Positions 1 through 9,522 of a DNA stretch of 64,000 bases are shown piece after piece. This DNA is from a virus. Lineage: Duplodnaviria > Caudoviricetes. The stretch's first letter is position 1, and the number at the start of each line of letters is the position of its first letter. The notes below the pieces were generated by a model, which saw only the letters and a list, made by a program, of their open reading frames with translations, did not search any database and had not been told where the DNA came from. The stretch covers positions 1 through 64,000 of the IMG/VR virus record IMGVR_UViG_3300035520_000607. One strand, given 5' to 3'. Both the position numbers and the translations under genes were made by a program.

Positions 1-131
1 CATGAAACTAAAGGCAAAAATTCTTTATATATGGTTGCCTAGTATAAAGTGTTTGACAACTACACAATAAATAAGTTGTAAAAAGAGTGTAAAGAAATTT
101 ACATTCTTTTTTTTTTTTTTATAAAAAAGTA

Positions 132-227
132 TTGACAAACCTATTTAAATGTGATATAATGAGCGGCCGGCGTTCGTGCGCTTCAGGCCGAATCCGCAAT
201 TATACCATAGTTTTGACTTTTTGTCAA
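132..227. promoter_or_regulatory. Two convergent consensus sigma70/sigmaA promoters
   Basis: + strand TTGACA(132-137)-17 bp-TATAAT(155-160); - strand TTGACA(227-222)-17 bp-TATAAT(204-199); 38-bp GC-rich spacer between the -10 boxes. Confidence 0.75.
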
Positions 228-331
228 GCAAAAATTAGAAAAAATTTTTTTAAATTTTTTTCCTAAAAATGTTGACTTTATTTTTAAAAATGCTATAATA
301 TAATTGTAATAAAGAAAGAGAGTTGATAGCA

Positions 332-757
332 ATGAAAGACTACAAAGAAAAAGATATGTTATACGAAATAACACTTGAAAATGATAAAGTTGTAAAGGTA
401 TCTAAAAAATGGGTAGAAAATACAATGGAACAACTTGACACAGACCTAGAAGATGTTCTTCTTATGTGGTTAGAAGATAATGACTATCTAGTAAATGAAG
501 ACCAACAAGAATTAGACCAAGTCGCAAAAGAAAATAAAGTAAAAGTTAATGCTAAAGAAAAGGTAGCAAGAAAATCTACACCAAGGGAAAGAAAACCTAA
601 TCCAACAAAAGAAAATATTATAAAAGTTGTTGCTGAAACATTAGAAACAATAGCAACTGATGTAAATATTGAAAATATTGGTAAAATTATCACTTTTAAA
701 GTAGATAATAAGGAATTTAAACTTGATTTAACTGAAAAAAGAGTAAAAAAACAATAA
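332..757 (+). CDS. Hypothetical phage protein, paralog of 4841..5281
   Basis: Promoter TTGACT-16 bp-TATAAT at 272-299 and purine-rich RBS; shares ITL-GKxVKV...WLED.YL.N..Q.EL and K.ITF....E.KLDL motifs with 4841..5281. Confidence 0.8.
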   Translation: MKDYKEKDMLYEITLENDKVVKVSKKWVENTMEQLDTDLEDVLLMWLEDNDYLVNEDQQELDQVAKENKVKVNAKEKVARKSTPRERKPNPTKENIIKVVAETLETIATDVNIENIGKIITFKVDNKEFKLDLTEKRVKKQ

Positions 758-1166
758 TTTTACTCTTTTTTTTATTATTTTACATGTAAACTAAGTGTCA
801 AGCGGGCTATAATCGGCCAAGCCGGCCCGATTTTTCCAAAAGTCAAGCCTTTTCATCAATTTTTTTTCAATTTTACATAAATTTTACACTTCGCTTATTT
901 TCCCATAATCTAGTCCATGCGGCAACCCGCTATATGCATCCTAATCGAGGGAAAAAGTCATATATGCAAAAATATGAAGGGAAAATCAACGTCTGCGGCG
1001 GCTTAGTCCGCTCCCTTGTAAGACCGAGCCCCTTGGGGATTTTTTGAGGAAAAAGCGGGAATGTCTCGCTCCGCTCATATTCCCAAAAACAAGAGTAAAA
1101 GATAAAATGCGGGATGTCGCTTAAAGATCTCCTAGCGAGGTCTCCGCATAAAAAAAAAAGAGGTCA

Positions 1167-1814
1167 TTACTGACCTAATTTCCACTCTCCAACTCTAACT
1201 GGAATAGTTTTATATTCTTTTTCAAATTTCTTTAAAGCTGCTTTATAAGCATTCTTTTCTTTTGTTATATCTTCACCTTGTTCTTGGCGATAGAAAGCAT
1301 TTGCCGCTTCTTTTTCTCCTATATGTTCCTCTTCTAATATATTATACCAATTATTAAGTTCTTCTTGAGTAAGTTTTTCATAAGTATCATATTTAACTCA
1401 AAAATAATGACTACTCTTCTCTCCAAATTCTTCCATAGCGGGACCTACGTATCGTCTAGCTACAGCCGCATCACTAGTATGGTTATATTTTTCCATAGCG
1501 AAATCCGCAATCGCATTTCTAGCCATATGAGCTTTACTTTCTACAGTAAATTCCTTTGATAAATGAGTTTTTACATATTCATTATAATCTTCTTGCTTTT
1601 GCTTAGAGATTTTTAAACTTCTTGGTAATGGTTTATATTCTCCATAAATTTCATTAATTTTTATACGAATAGGTTTTCCTTCTAATATTTCATAATCATA
1701 GAATTCTGCTAACCATTCCATTAATTCTTCTCTTCTTCTATCATATTGAGATGTTGAGATTTTTAATAAAGGAAATAATTCCTCTTTTAGTTTGTAGATT
1801 CCTGTATCTACCAT
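1167..1814 (-). CDS. Hypothetical (possibly DNA-binding/replication) protein, 215 aa with TGA=Trp at 1398-1400
   Basis: Frame stays open for 76 further codons after the TGA (HYF-W-VKYDTY...VGEWKLGQ, TAA at 1167); RBS GAAGG upstream. Confidence 0.75.
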
Positions 1815-1843
1815 ATTATTACCTTCTTTCTTTAAAATGCCTG

Positions 1844-2146
1844 ACCGAGACTTACGAGGATCTTACACAATTTTTGTCATACCACTATTATTATTATAGG
1901 ATATGACAACTTTCTGCAAAGATGCTGCTTGACCGACATCAGTCTTTCGGTCTTATTATCATATAAAAAATAACAAAGATAAATTCATCATTTTTGACCT
2001 AATAATATCAAAAAATATATATGATTTATAAATTCTTTACAATTTACTATAAAGAGTTTGATAAAAATACACATTTTTGCTAGAAGGATAGAGAACCGAG
2101 ACTTACGAGGATCTTGCACAAATTTTTGTCATACCACTATTATTAT
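1844..2146 (+). repeat. About 50-bp imperfect direct repeat (ACCGAGACTTACGAGGATCTT.CACAA.TTTTGTCATACCACTATTATTAT), two copies
   Basis: Copies start near 1844 and 2095; each includes or adjoins a TTGTCATA...TATGACAA inverted repeat. Confidence 0.85.
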
Positions 2147-2929
2147 GACAAAAAAATCAACCCGATTTTTCCTTTTCTCTACTGACCTAAAAAAATATGG
2201 TATTTATAGTATTTATCTAAAATACCATTTCCTTATATGTTTTAAGTTGCAACAAAAGTAGCAAAATATATTATATTATATAGAGTTTACCAAAAATATT
2301 GTAAGTATTTAACTTACTAACCTCGCAGCTTTCTATTATGCGGAGATGCCCCTAATGAAACATACCCCTAGATAAAAGATCTTTTAACAGGTTCCCGCAT
2401 TATACCCCAATTAAATAAAAAAATTTTACCACACTTTTTTATTTGAGTTTAATGTGTGGTAAAAAAATTTATCTAGAAATATTACAATATATTACATAAA
2501 TAATACAATTAGCGCTAACGCGCATCTCTGATAAGGAAACATAAGGGAGATACCTCTAATAAGATTATGTTTTAATTAGTGTGTATTCATTTTAAATACA
2601 CAATAGATACTTTACTATAAAAATTGACATTGACAAGTGAATATCAATATAATATAATATATATTATTGACTAAAAATATGACAAAGTCAAATAAAATAA
2701 AAGCTTCAGCTAACGCTGAACCTTTTTTGTCGGTCGTGTGCTAAGGCACACTCCCTCCATCAGTCAAGAGTAAAGATAGGAATGTGGTAATGGGTAACGA
2801 AGGGAATATAAAATAATAGATGGCGGTCGGTGCACACCCATCACATAGTTTTATTAAATATATACACTCATACCTCTATTTTTACTACTTCTATTTTACT
2901 ATTTTATTAATTCACTCCATTTTGCTATT

Positions 2930-3658
2930 TTATGTTCTTGCGTTATTAAAATCTTGTTGCTCTGCATCTTTAATTAATAATGTTCCCTTAGTTATTTGAC
3001 ATCCTAATTGATATTCTAAATCCGCCTTAAAAGACATAAAACCCGCCTGATTTAATCCTTTAAGTTCACAACTTAAATCATATGCCTCCTCTTTAGTTAT
3101 TTCTCCTGCTTCAACCATTTCTCTTATTAATAATTCTTTTTCTTCATCTGTAGAAAAATATTTTTTCATTAACTTCTTTTTTATCTCTTGTTCTTCTTGC
3201 GTAAATTCTTTTAAAATACAAGAGCCATCTTCATTATAATATACCTTACATCATAAATAAATACATTGTCCTAATTGTCCAGCTGATGTAAAAGGTTTTC
3301 CATAAAGCATATTGCGTGCATCAAGAGTATACCTATATGCGGTTGATTGTTCTACCATTAATTCATTCTTATGTTTTCTATATATCTTCTTAGAAACATT
3401 TTTACAGTTATCTAATCCTGATTCATCCCATTCTTCATCAAGAGCTCCCAATATAATTTTTTTAGCTTTACTACCCCCTTTAATATACTCTTCATTTTTT
3501 ATTGCGGTTATCTCTATACCCCCATAGACTTCTTCAAAATCAGCATAGTCTCTCAACTCTTCAAGCTTATCTTCTTTACTATTTCTAAAACCTCCATAAC
3601 TTAATCCAAATCATTGCGCTAATTCTTTAGTAGTCATTTTTCCTAATCTTAATTTCAT
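2930..3658 (-). CDS. Hypothetical HTH-like protein, 242 aa with two TGA=Trp (3611-3613, 3251-3253)
   Basis: Track ORFs 2930..3169 and 3251..3556 are in one frame; ATG 3658 follows AAGGAGG; N-term MKLRLGKMTTKELAQ-W-FGLSY is HTH-like; loosely resembles 1167..1814. Confidence 0.8.
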
Positions 3659-4070
3659 ATTTTTTCCTCCTTATTACAACTTAAAAAATTCTTGTAATAA
3701 ATTATCAAACTTTGTCCTATTTTGTAATAAAAAAGTTGTCATATTTTTGTTCACTCCCTATATTATACCCGTTTACTAAAAATATGACAACTTATTAATT
3801 TTAGCCGAATTTAGACAAAAATAATTATTTTTCCTACCAAATGTCAGTTGTAATAAAATTGACTAATATATATTATATTATTATAATAATAAGAGTCAAC
3901 AAAAATGTTACAACTTAATATGCGGGAATGCAGTACTTCGTACAGCACTCCCTTCAGGTCGAAATAAACCAACTTATCGCTTCGCTCAAGTAGGTTTATT
4001 TCTCTACAAGAGCATAAGAAAAAAGTAAGGTTAATCCTTACTTTCTACAATAGCAATAGATACATTGCTT

Positions 4071-4445
4071 TTAGATGCGGGAATCATTATCCCAAACATA
4101 ATTTTTAATGCGGTTACCGCTTCTATCATCATCTTTTTCATATTGATACCTATTGCCTACAACTTTAAGTGATGCGGCAATACTTTCATTTAATATTTTA
4201 TAATCTAAATTAGAAAACCCTAATACTGAATAAGCCATTTCCGCATCATTATAACTAACTTCATAATAGTTACCCATTTCATCTATTAAGAGGTCTTTTG
4301 TAAAGATATGGTGGTTATCCTTATCTTCAAATCCAGTATATATGCCTATTGAATTATATATGACTATTTGATTAGCAATAACATTATCACTCGTTCTTTC
4401 ACCATATATCCAATTCATACTATCTATTGATATTCCTCTATACAT
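4071..4445 (-). CDS. YopX-like protein
   Basis: YRG...WIYG, YTGFEDKD..IF..D and KVVGNRY motifs. Confidence 0.75.
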   Translation of the reverse strand: MYRGISIDSMNWIYGERTSDNVIANQIVIYNSIGIYTGFEDKDNHHIFTKDLLIDEMGNYYEVSYNDAEMAYSVLGFSNLDYKILNESIAASLKVVGNRYQYEKDDDRSGNRIKNYVWDNDSRI

Positions 4446-4446
4446 A

Positions 4447-4839
4447 TTATTCCTCCGTAAATTCCAGATAAGCTTCGTAAATTGTCGGATGCAATTCCTT
4501 TATTTTTTCGAGGGTTATATTATCACTTACTAATATTTTATTAATGCGGGAAACGATAGGAGATCCCCCAGCAAGGTAAGCAAGCCTAACCGCATTAATA
4601 CAAGTAGTAAAATCAGTATCTGCGGTAATTGCGGGAACCAGGTAATCAAAGGCATACCCAGCCCATTCCGCACTCATATTCTTATATTCTTTATCTTTTG
4701 ATACCATACTTTGTACTAATGCTGTAATTTGATTTATTAATTCAGGTTCTTTATTTACAAGAATAGCCCAACTTGTAATTAGAAGTAAATCATCTCCGCA
4801 ATAAGGCTCCATTCTATCAATAAATTCTTTTAACCTCAT
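4447..4839 (-). CDS. Hypothetical protein
   Basis: 130-aa ORF abutting both neighbours. Confidence 0.7.
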   Translation of the reverse strand: MRLKEFIDRMEPYCGDDLLLITSWAILVNKEPELINQITALVQSMVSKDKEYKNMSAEWAGYAFDYLVPAITADTDFTTCINAVRLAYLAGGSPIVSRINKILVSDNITLEKIKELHPTIYEAYLEFTEE

Positions 4840-4840
4840 C

Positions 4841-5281
4841 TTATTTATCTCCTTTTGGTTTTCTCTTGCAGATTAAATCTAGCTTATACTCGTTATCTCC
4901 AAGTCTAAAAGTAATTAGTTTACTTTTATTTTCGATAACGATATCGGAATAAATTTCGATATTATCAAGAGTATCAGCTAATAATTTGATAACAGCCTCT
5001 TTTTCAGGGTTTTCTTTAACTACTCTTTCTCTTTGAGTTTTTGCTTTTGGTTTAGATTCAGCTTTTACTTTTACTTTATTTGCTTTTGCTTCATTATTTA
5101 ATTCCTCTTGTTCATCATTAATTAAATAAGATTCATCTTCTAACCAAGTAAGTAAAGCTTCCTCTTTATCAATTTCAAGATTAACCATCATATTGTTAAT
5201 AAATTTAGTCATTACTTTAACAATTCTTCCGTCATCAAGAGTAATGTTAATTACATCACCATTTTCAATATAGTCTTTCAT
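4841..5281 (-). CDS. Hypothetical phage protein, paralog of 332..757
   Basis: RBS GGAAGGTGG; motif similarity to 332..757. Confidence 0.8.
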   Translation of the reverse strand: MKDYIENGDVINITLDDGRIVKVMTKFINNMMVNLEIDKEEALLTWLEDESYLINDEQEELNNEAKANKVKVKAESKPKAKTQRERVVKENPEKEAVIKLLADTLDNIEIYSDIVIENKSKLITFRLGDNEYKLDLICKRKPKGDK

Positions 5282-5825
5282 TTAATCCACCTTCCCTTTC
5301 ATTAGTAAATCTTATATAAGACTTTTTTATATTTATTATTTATTTTTACAATTATATTATATTATATTTTTTTAAAATTGTCAATAAAAAAATTTAAAAA
5401 TTTTTAAAATAAGGAATGCGGAAATGGGTTGCTCACTGGAATGTAAGACCTGCGCCGCCGCATAAAAAAAGAAGGCTTTAAGTTGCCCTCTTATATGGCT
5501 TTGGTTTAGTGTAACGCAAGGTCGCCATCACCGCCTATTAGATTTTTTCGTTACAAGGTTAGAATCTAACTAAACCTTTTTCTATCTGGTCAGAAAGTAA
5601 AGATACCACCTTCTCATTTGGTTAGAAGAATAGATACCGCCGTTTTCAAGATAAACTAGCAAACTTTTGAACACTCCTTGATTTTACTAACCAATTCATA
5701 TTCAGGTCGGCTTATTGCAAATCGCCGCAATGAAGCTTTACGTTCTCGCCTCATTTATAAGAGTTAAATAAGAAAGTGATTAAGCATTTAACTCTTATAA
5801 ACAAGGGAGAGCCGAAGCTCTACTC

Positions 5826-6191
5826 TTAGTCAGCATTTACTGAGAAGTAAACACTTTTCTTATCTTTTGTTCTTACAACTCTTTTAGCTGCTACTAACAT
5901 TCTTAGTAAAGCATTAACTTTTTGAGCTGATGTAATACCATCTATGTCTTTTGATGCTTCGAATAATTCAGTTACTGTAACTGGTCTTTCTAATTCAGCC
6001 AATACTTCATATACCTTTTCAGCTAATTCAACATTTTCCTTTTGAGCTTTAGTAACTCTTTTCTTTGATGCTAATTCAATTTGTTTGTCTAAGAATTCTA
6101 TTGTGCTAGCTTTAATTTCAGTATCTAAGTCTGAATTAGTAACTACTCCTTTTAACATTTCAAAATAATCTCTTTTTACCATTTTTTCCAT
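5826..6191 (-). CDS. Small winged-HTH-like DNA-binding protein, paralog of 22166..22546
   Basis: KR.Y...LK...F.DKQI.L and C-terminal VTVTEL...QKVNALLRMLV...VVR; own promoter and RBS. Confidence 0.75.
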   Translation of the reverse strand: MEKMVKRDYFEMLKGVVTNSDLDTEIKASTIEFLDKQIELASKKRVTKAQKENVELAEKVYEVLAELERPVTVTELFEASKDIDGITSAQKVNALLRMLVAAKRVVRTKDKKSVYFSVNAD

Positions 6192-6468
6192 TTTTCTTCA
6201 ATTCCTTTCCTTTTTCTATATTTTTTAATGGTTAGTTTTTAAAAGTTTTCTTTCTTTATTACACTTATATTATATAATAATTTTTAATTATTATCAATAA
6301 AAGTTATTTTGTGAAGACCCAAACTCATATCCACAGCCTTCCGCCCGACCACTGCTCGCCATAACGGGGTTTCCTAGGAGGTAGGTTATCATAAGAATTA
6401 TATCTTATTGCTTATTACATATATATTATAATATAATTTTTTAATAAAATCAATTATAATATTAATAA

Positions 6469-6626
6469 GGATGCTCGCCCAAGGACTTTCACCTTGGGAC
6501 GCCTAACAAAGGTTCAACTATTTCTCTTTTCCGTGTACTGACAAGTCAGACGGCAGAGGAGGCGATTACCCTTTCTATTGCTAGACCATTATTTTCTTTA
6601 GTGCGTCTATATTCCGCCACGAGCAT
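6469..6626 (-). ncRNA. tRNA-like RNA with about 95-nt structured insert in place of the anticodon arm
   Basis: Acceptor ATGCTCG/CGAGCAT, D-arm GGCGGAATATAGACGC, T-arm CCAAGGTGAAAGTCCTTGG; no anticodon loop can be reconstructed. Confidence 0.6.
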
Positions 6627-6640
6627 TATCTATATATAAT

Positions 6641-6751
6641 AACTACCTCCATTTTTAGCTACAGACTCTGGCACAGTTGCCGAATGACTACGGTATACTG
6701 GAGAGGTTCAGGCCTCCCGTGCGGATTTCCATATTGGTTGCCGCAGGTAGT
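6641..6751 (-). ncRNA. Candidate structured RNA closed by AACTACCT/AGGTAGTT terminal stem
   Basis: GC-rich non-coding island with an 8-bp terminal inverted repeat, just downstream of a promoter at about 6790-6823. Confidence 0.4.
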
Positions 6752-6834
6752 TATTTACAATAAATAAACAATTTATTTATTTATTACATTTATATTATAA
6801 ATTAATTTTTTATAAAAATCAATATTTTCAAAGA

Positions 6835-7130
6835 ACTAAGTTGCTGCCTAACCAGGTCGCAGCACGGCGTTTCCCATTGCGGCAATAGCCGCCCATTTAT
6901 ATAGCCCGAGTTCAGTCCTCCCAGTATTATACCCGTCGCATTGTCTATTAGGACAAGTCGCAGCTAATACTGTACGCATTCCCATTCTCGCCCGACTAGT
7001 TATTCGCTTACTAATTTCATTGTTTACTATGTTCAGCCCCGTAACCAACGGTTGAGTGAACTTTATAGTGATTTTTGATAACGGAGAATTCTTAACGCCT
7101 GTTCACTCAGTGGCTTATCAAACTCCAAGG
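6835..7130 (-). ncRNA. Candidate large structured ncRNA
   Basis: About 300-nt GC-enriched intergenic block with internal stems (e.g. TGAGTGAAC/GTTCACTCA); strand inferred from neighbours. Confidence 0.35.
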
Positions 7131-7132
7131 TT

Positions 7133-7351
7133 TTAATTATTTTCAAAGTACTCTTCAATAGCTCTTTCCATTGCCCCTTGTGAGATTGGGTATTCAGCTA
7201 TTTCTAATATTTTAATAAATGCGGCAACCACTTCAGCAATAGTTGCATCTTTTATTACATTTATTGAAGTTTCTATATCATAAGCTTGTTTTCCTACATT
7301 TCCATAGTTATAAGCCTCTTGTGTATAAACTATTTTTATCATTTTAATCAC
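7133..7351 (-). CDS. Hypothetical protein
   Basis: ORF with promoter and GAAAGGAAG RBS. Confidence 0.65.
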   Translation of the reverse strand: MIKMIKIVYTQEAYNYGNVGKQAYDIETSINVIKDATIAEVVAAFIKILEIAEYPISQGAMERAIEEYFENN

Positions 7352-7699
7352 TTACTTCCTTTCTTTATTACATTATTATTATATTATATTTTTTATAAAT
7401 AATCAATAAGTAGTTTTTACCATCAATAAATTTAATTATCAATGGTAAAAACAATTTGTAATAAGATAAGTAGAGTTAATTAATACTCTTTAAAGACTTT
7501 AATCATAAAACTAAAATCTTTAAAGAATATTGAGGCTCAGGACAATCTTTTTATCCTCATTCTACTATATAGTACCCTGATTACACAACTTATATACTTT
7601 ATTCGTAGTTGCCAAACGAATATGGTTTACAGGCTTAGCCATTGCCTCTTTTCTTTATTACATTATTATTATATAATATTTTTTATAAATAATCAATAA

Positions 7700-7969
7700 T
7701 TATTGCTTTTTTGAACTTAGAAAAGTTACTTTTTCAGCTATTACATACATCATATCTGAAGTTCTTAAAGCCCCTTTAACGCCAACTAAATCACCTATTG
7801 AACAATGAGCATTAATATTATCTCTAAGGTTATCGCTGTTCATTTCAATTCTGATATAATCAGTATCATACTCTCCATCTTCATTTTTATAACTTCTTGG
7901 GATAGCTATTATCATTGTATCTCCATCTAATTCTTTAATTCTTCCTACTAATACTACTTGATTTAACAT
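7700..7969 (-). CDS. ssb: Short single-stranded DNA-binding protein (OB fold only)
   Basis: MLNQVVLVGR...RSYKNEDGEYDTDYI...GDLVGVKG...AEKVTFLSS; no acidic tail. Confidence 0.85.
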   Translation of the reverse strand: MLNQVVLVGRIKELDGDTMIIAIPRSYKNEDGEYDTDYIRIEMNSDNLRDNINAHCSIGDLVGVKGALRTSDMMYVIAEKVTFLSSKKQ

Positions 7970-8014
7970 TTTACATTTCCCTTTCTTTATTACATTTATA
8001 TTATATTATATTTT

Positions 8015-8257
8015 TTATAAATTATCAATTTGTAATCTTTCTTGTGCATAACTAAATAATTGCTCGTCTAATAAACTATTGATAGTATCATTTTCTAAAT
8101 AATAGCTTAATACCTCATCTAATTTTTCATCTTGTTCAGGAGTAACTTCATCCATACCTAAAGAGTATGCGATTATAGCTCTATTAAGTGTATTAACTAT
8201 TGTTATATCTACTCCATTTAATTTTTTTAAGATTTCATTTGTTGTCATTTTTATCAC
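8015..8257 (-). CDS. Hypothetical protein
   Basis: ORF with promoter and RBS. Confidence 0.6.
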   Translation of the reverse strand: MIKMTTNEILKKLNGVDITIVNTLNRAIIAYSLGMDEVTPEQDEKLDEVLSYYLENDTINSLLDEQLFSYAQERLQIDNL

Positions 8258-8477
8258 TCACTTTCTTTTTTATTACATATATATTATATAAAATTTTATT
8301 AAAAATATCAATTAAATTGCTCTTATTGAGATTATCTTATAATTATTATAATATGTTAATTTATAAGGTATTTCTAAATTATTTCTTGTCTCAAGAATAC
8401 AATCTAAGTGATAACCCATTACTATTGGGCTATCATAGCGATAAGTTTTATTTTCCATAGCGTCTATTATTATATAT

Positions 8478-8690
8478 TTATTCATTTTCTATTTCCTCCA
8501 TAAGTATATTTAATTCTATATTTTTATCATCAAGATTCCATTTAGTGTAAATAGCCTCTTTATCATTATTATTAATAGCTAATTGAGCATAATAGCCTAT
8601 TTCGTCAATATCACCATCACCATCTGCGGCAAGAGTTTTTATTAATTGTAAATAAGCATCTTTTATTTTTATTTGTCTTTCTAAATCCAT
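8478..8690 (-). CDS. Hypothetical protein
   Basis: ORF with GGAG RBS. Confidence 0.6.
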   Translation of the reverse strand: MDLERQIKIKDAYLQLIKTLAADGDGDIDEIGYYAQLAINNNDKEAIYTKWNLDDKNIELNILMEEIENE

Positions 8691-8736
8691 AATCTAATCA
8701 CTCCATATTATATTTTTTATTAATTATCAATAAATT

Positions 8737-9189
8737 TTATTCACATAACCATAAGTATTTTTTAATTAAATCAGGATGATCTTCCGCAAACTCTATTGCC
8801 CATATAGTAGCATTAGATTCAAGAGGTATTCTAAAATACATATTACAACATTCTTCTAAATCTATCTCGCCCTCTTGATAGCCCATTTCTAATAAAGCAA
8901 ATTGAGTTTCTTTAAGGTCGGCGTTATCATCTGTCCAAGTCATTATATGACCTATTTCATGTAGAATTGAAAGTAAAAACATAGGAGTTTTACACTTAGG
9001 GGATAATTCTTTAACATAATCCATAAAGTAGCGGTCAGTATCTATATTATATGACTTGCCTATATAAACGATCTCATCATCTACATCACATTGCATATCA
9101 TATTTTTGAAATTTAACTTTAATATTTTTATCTATTTCTTTTACAAAGTTGCGGCAACCGATTTTCTTGATAATATTCATACTAATCAA
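8737..9189 (-). CDS. Zincin-like metallopeptidase-motif protein
   Basis: ILHEIGH (HExxH) and downstream PLESNA. Confidence 0.65.
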   Translation of the reverse strand: MISMNIIKKIGCRNFVKEIDKNIKVKFQKYDMQCDVDDEIVYIGKSYNIDTDRYFMDYVKELSPKCKTPMFLLSILHEIGHIMTWTDDNADLKETQFALLEMGYQEGEIDLEECCNMYFRIPLESNATIWAIEFAEDHPDLIKKYLWLCE

Positions 9190-9198
9190 CTCACTTTC

Positions 9199-9444
9199 TT
9201 ATTCATATTTATTTATTAATTCGTTTAATTTATATATTATTTCTTCATAAGTTTCTTTTTCAACAGTATCAAATGCTTCATCTTTCTTATGAACGAAGTT
9301 ATCTCTTAATTCTTCTAAATCATAGAACATACTTTTTATTACTTTAGATTGTTCGCTTTCTCTATGTAGACTTTGTGCAAAGCATTCTTCAAGTTGTTCT
9401 TTTGTTAAATTTTTTATACTTGGTGCTATTTTCATTTTTATCAT
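9199..9444 (-). CDS. Hypothetical protein
   Basis: ORF with promoter and RBS. Confidence 0.6.
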   Translation of the reverse strand: MIKMKIAPSIKNLTKEQLEECFAQSLHRESEQSKVIKSMFYDLEELRDNFVHKKDEAFDTVEKETYEEIIYKLNELINKYE

Positions 9445-9522
9445 TCCTTTCTTATTACATATATATTATATAATATTTTTTATTAAAAAACAAAAAAGAT
9501 GCGGGAAGCCGCTAGGGGATCC

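Noticed and set aside
1844-2146. CRISPR array
   Set aside because: Only two ~50-bp copies about 250 bp apart; no repeat-spacer periodicity and no cas genes anywhere in the window.
6848-7048. 66-aa track ORF
   Set aside because: No RBS, atypical composition; it lies in a probable structured RNA.
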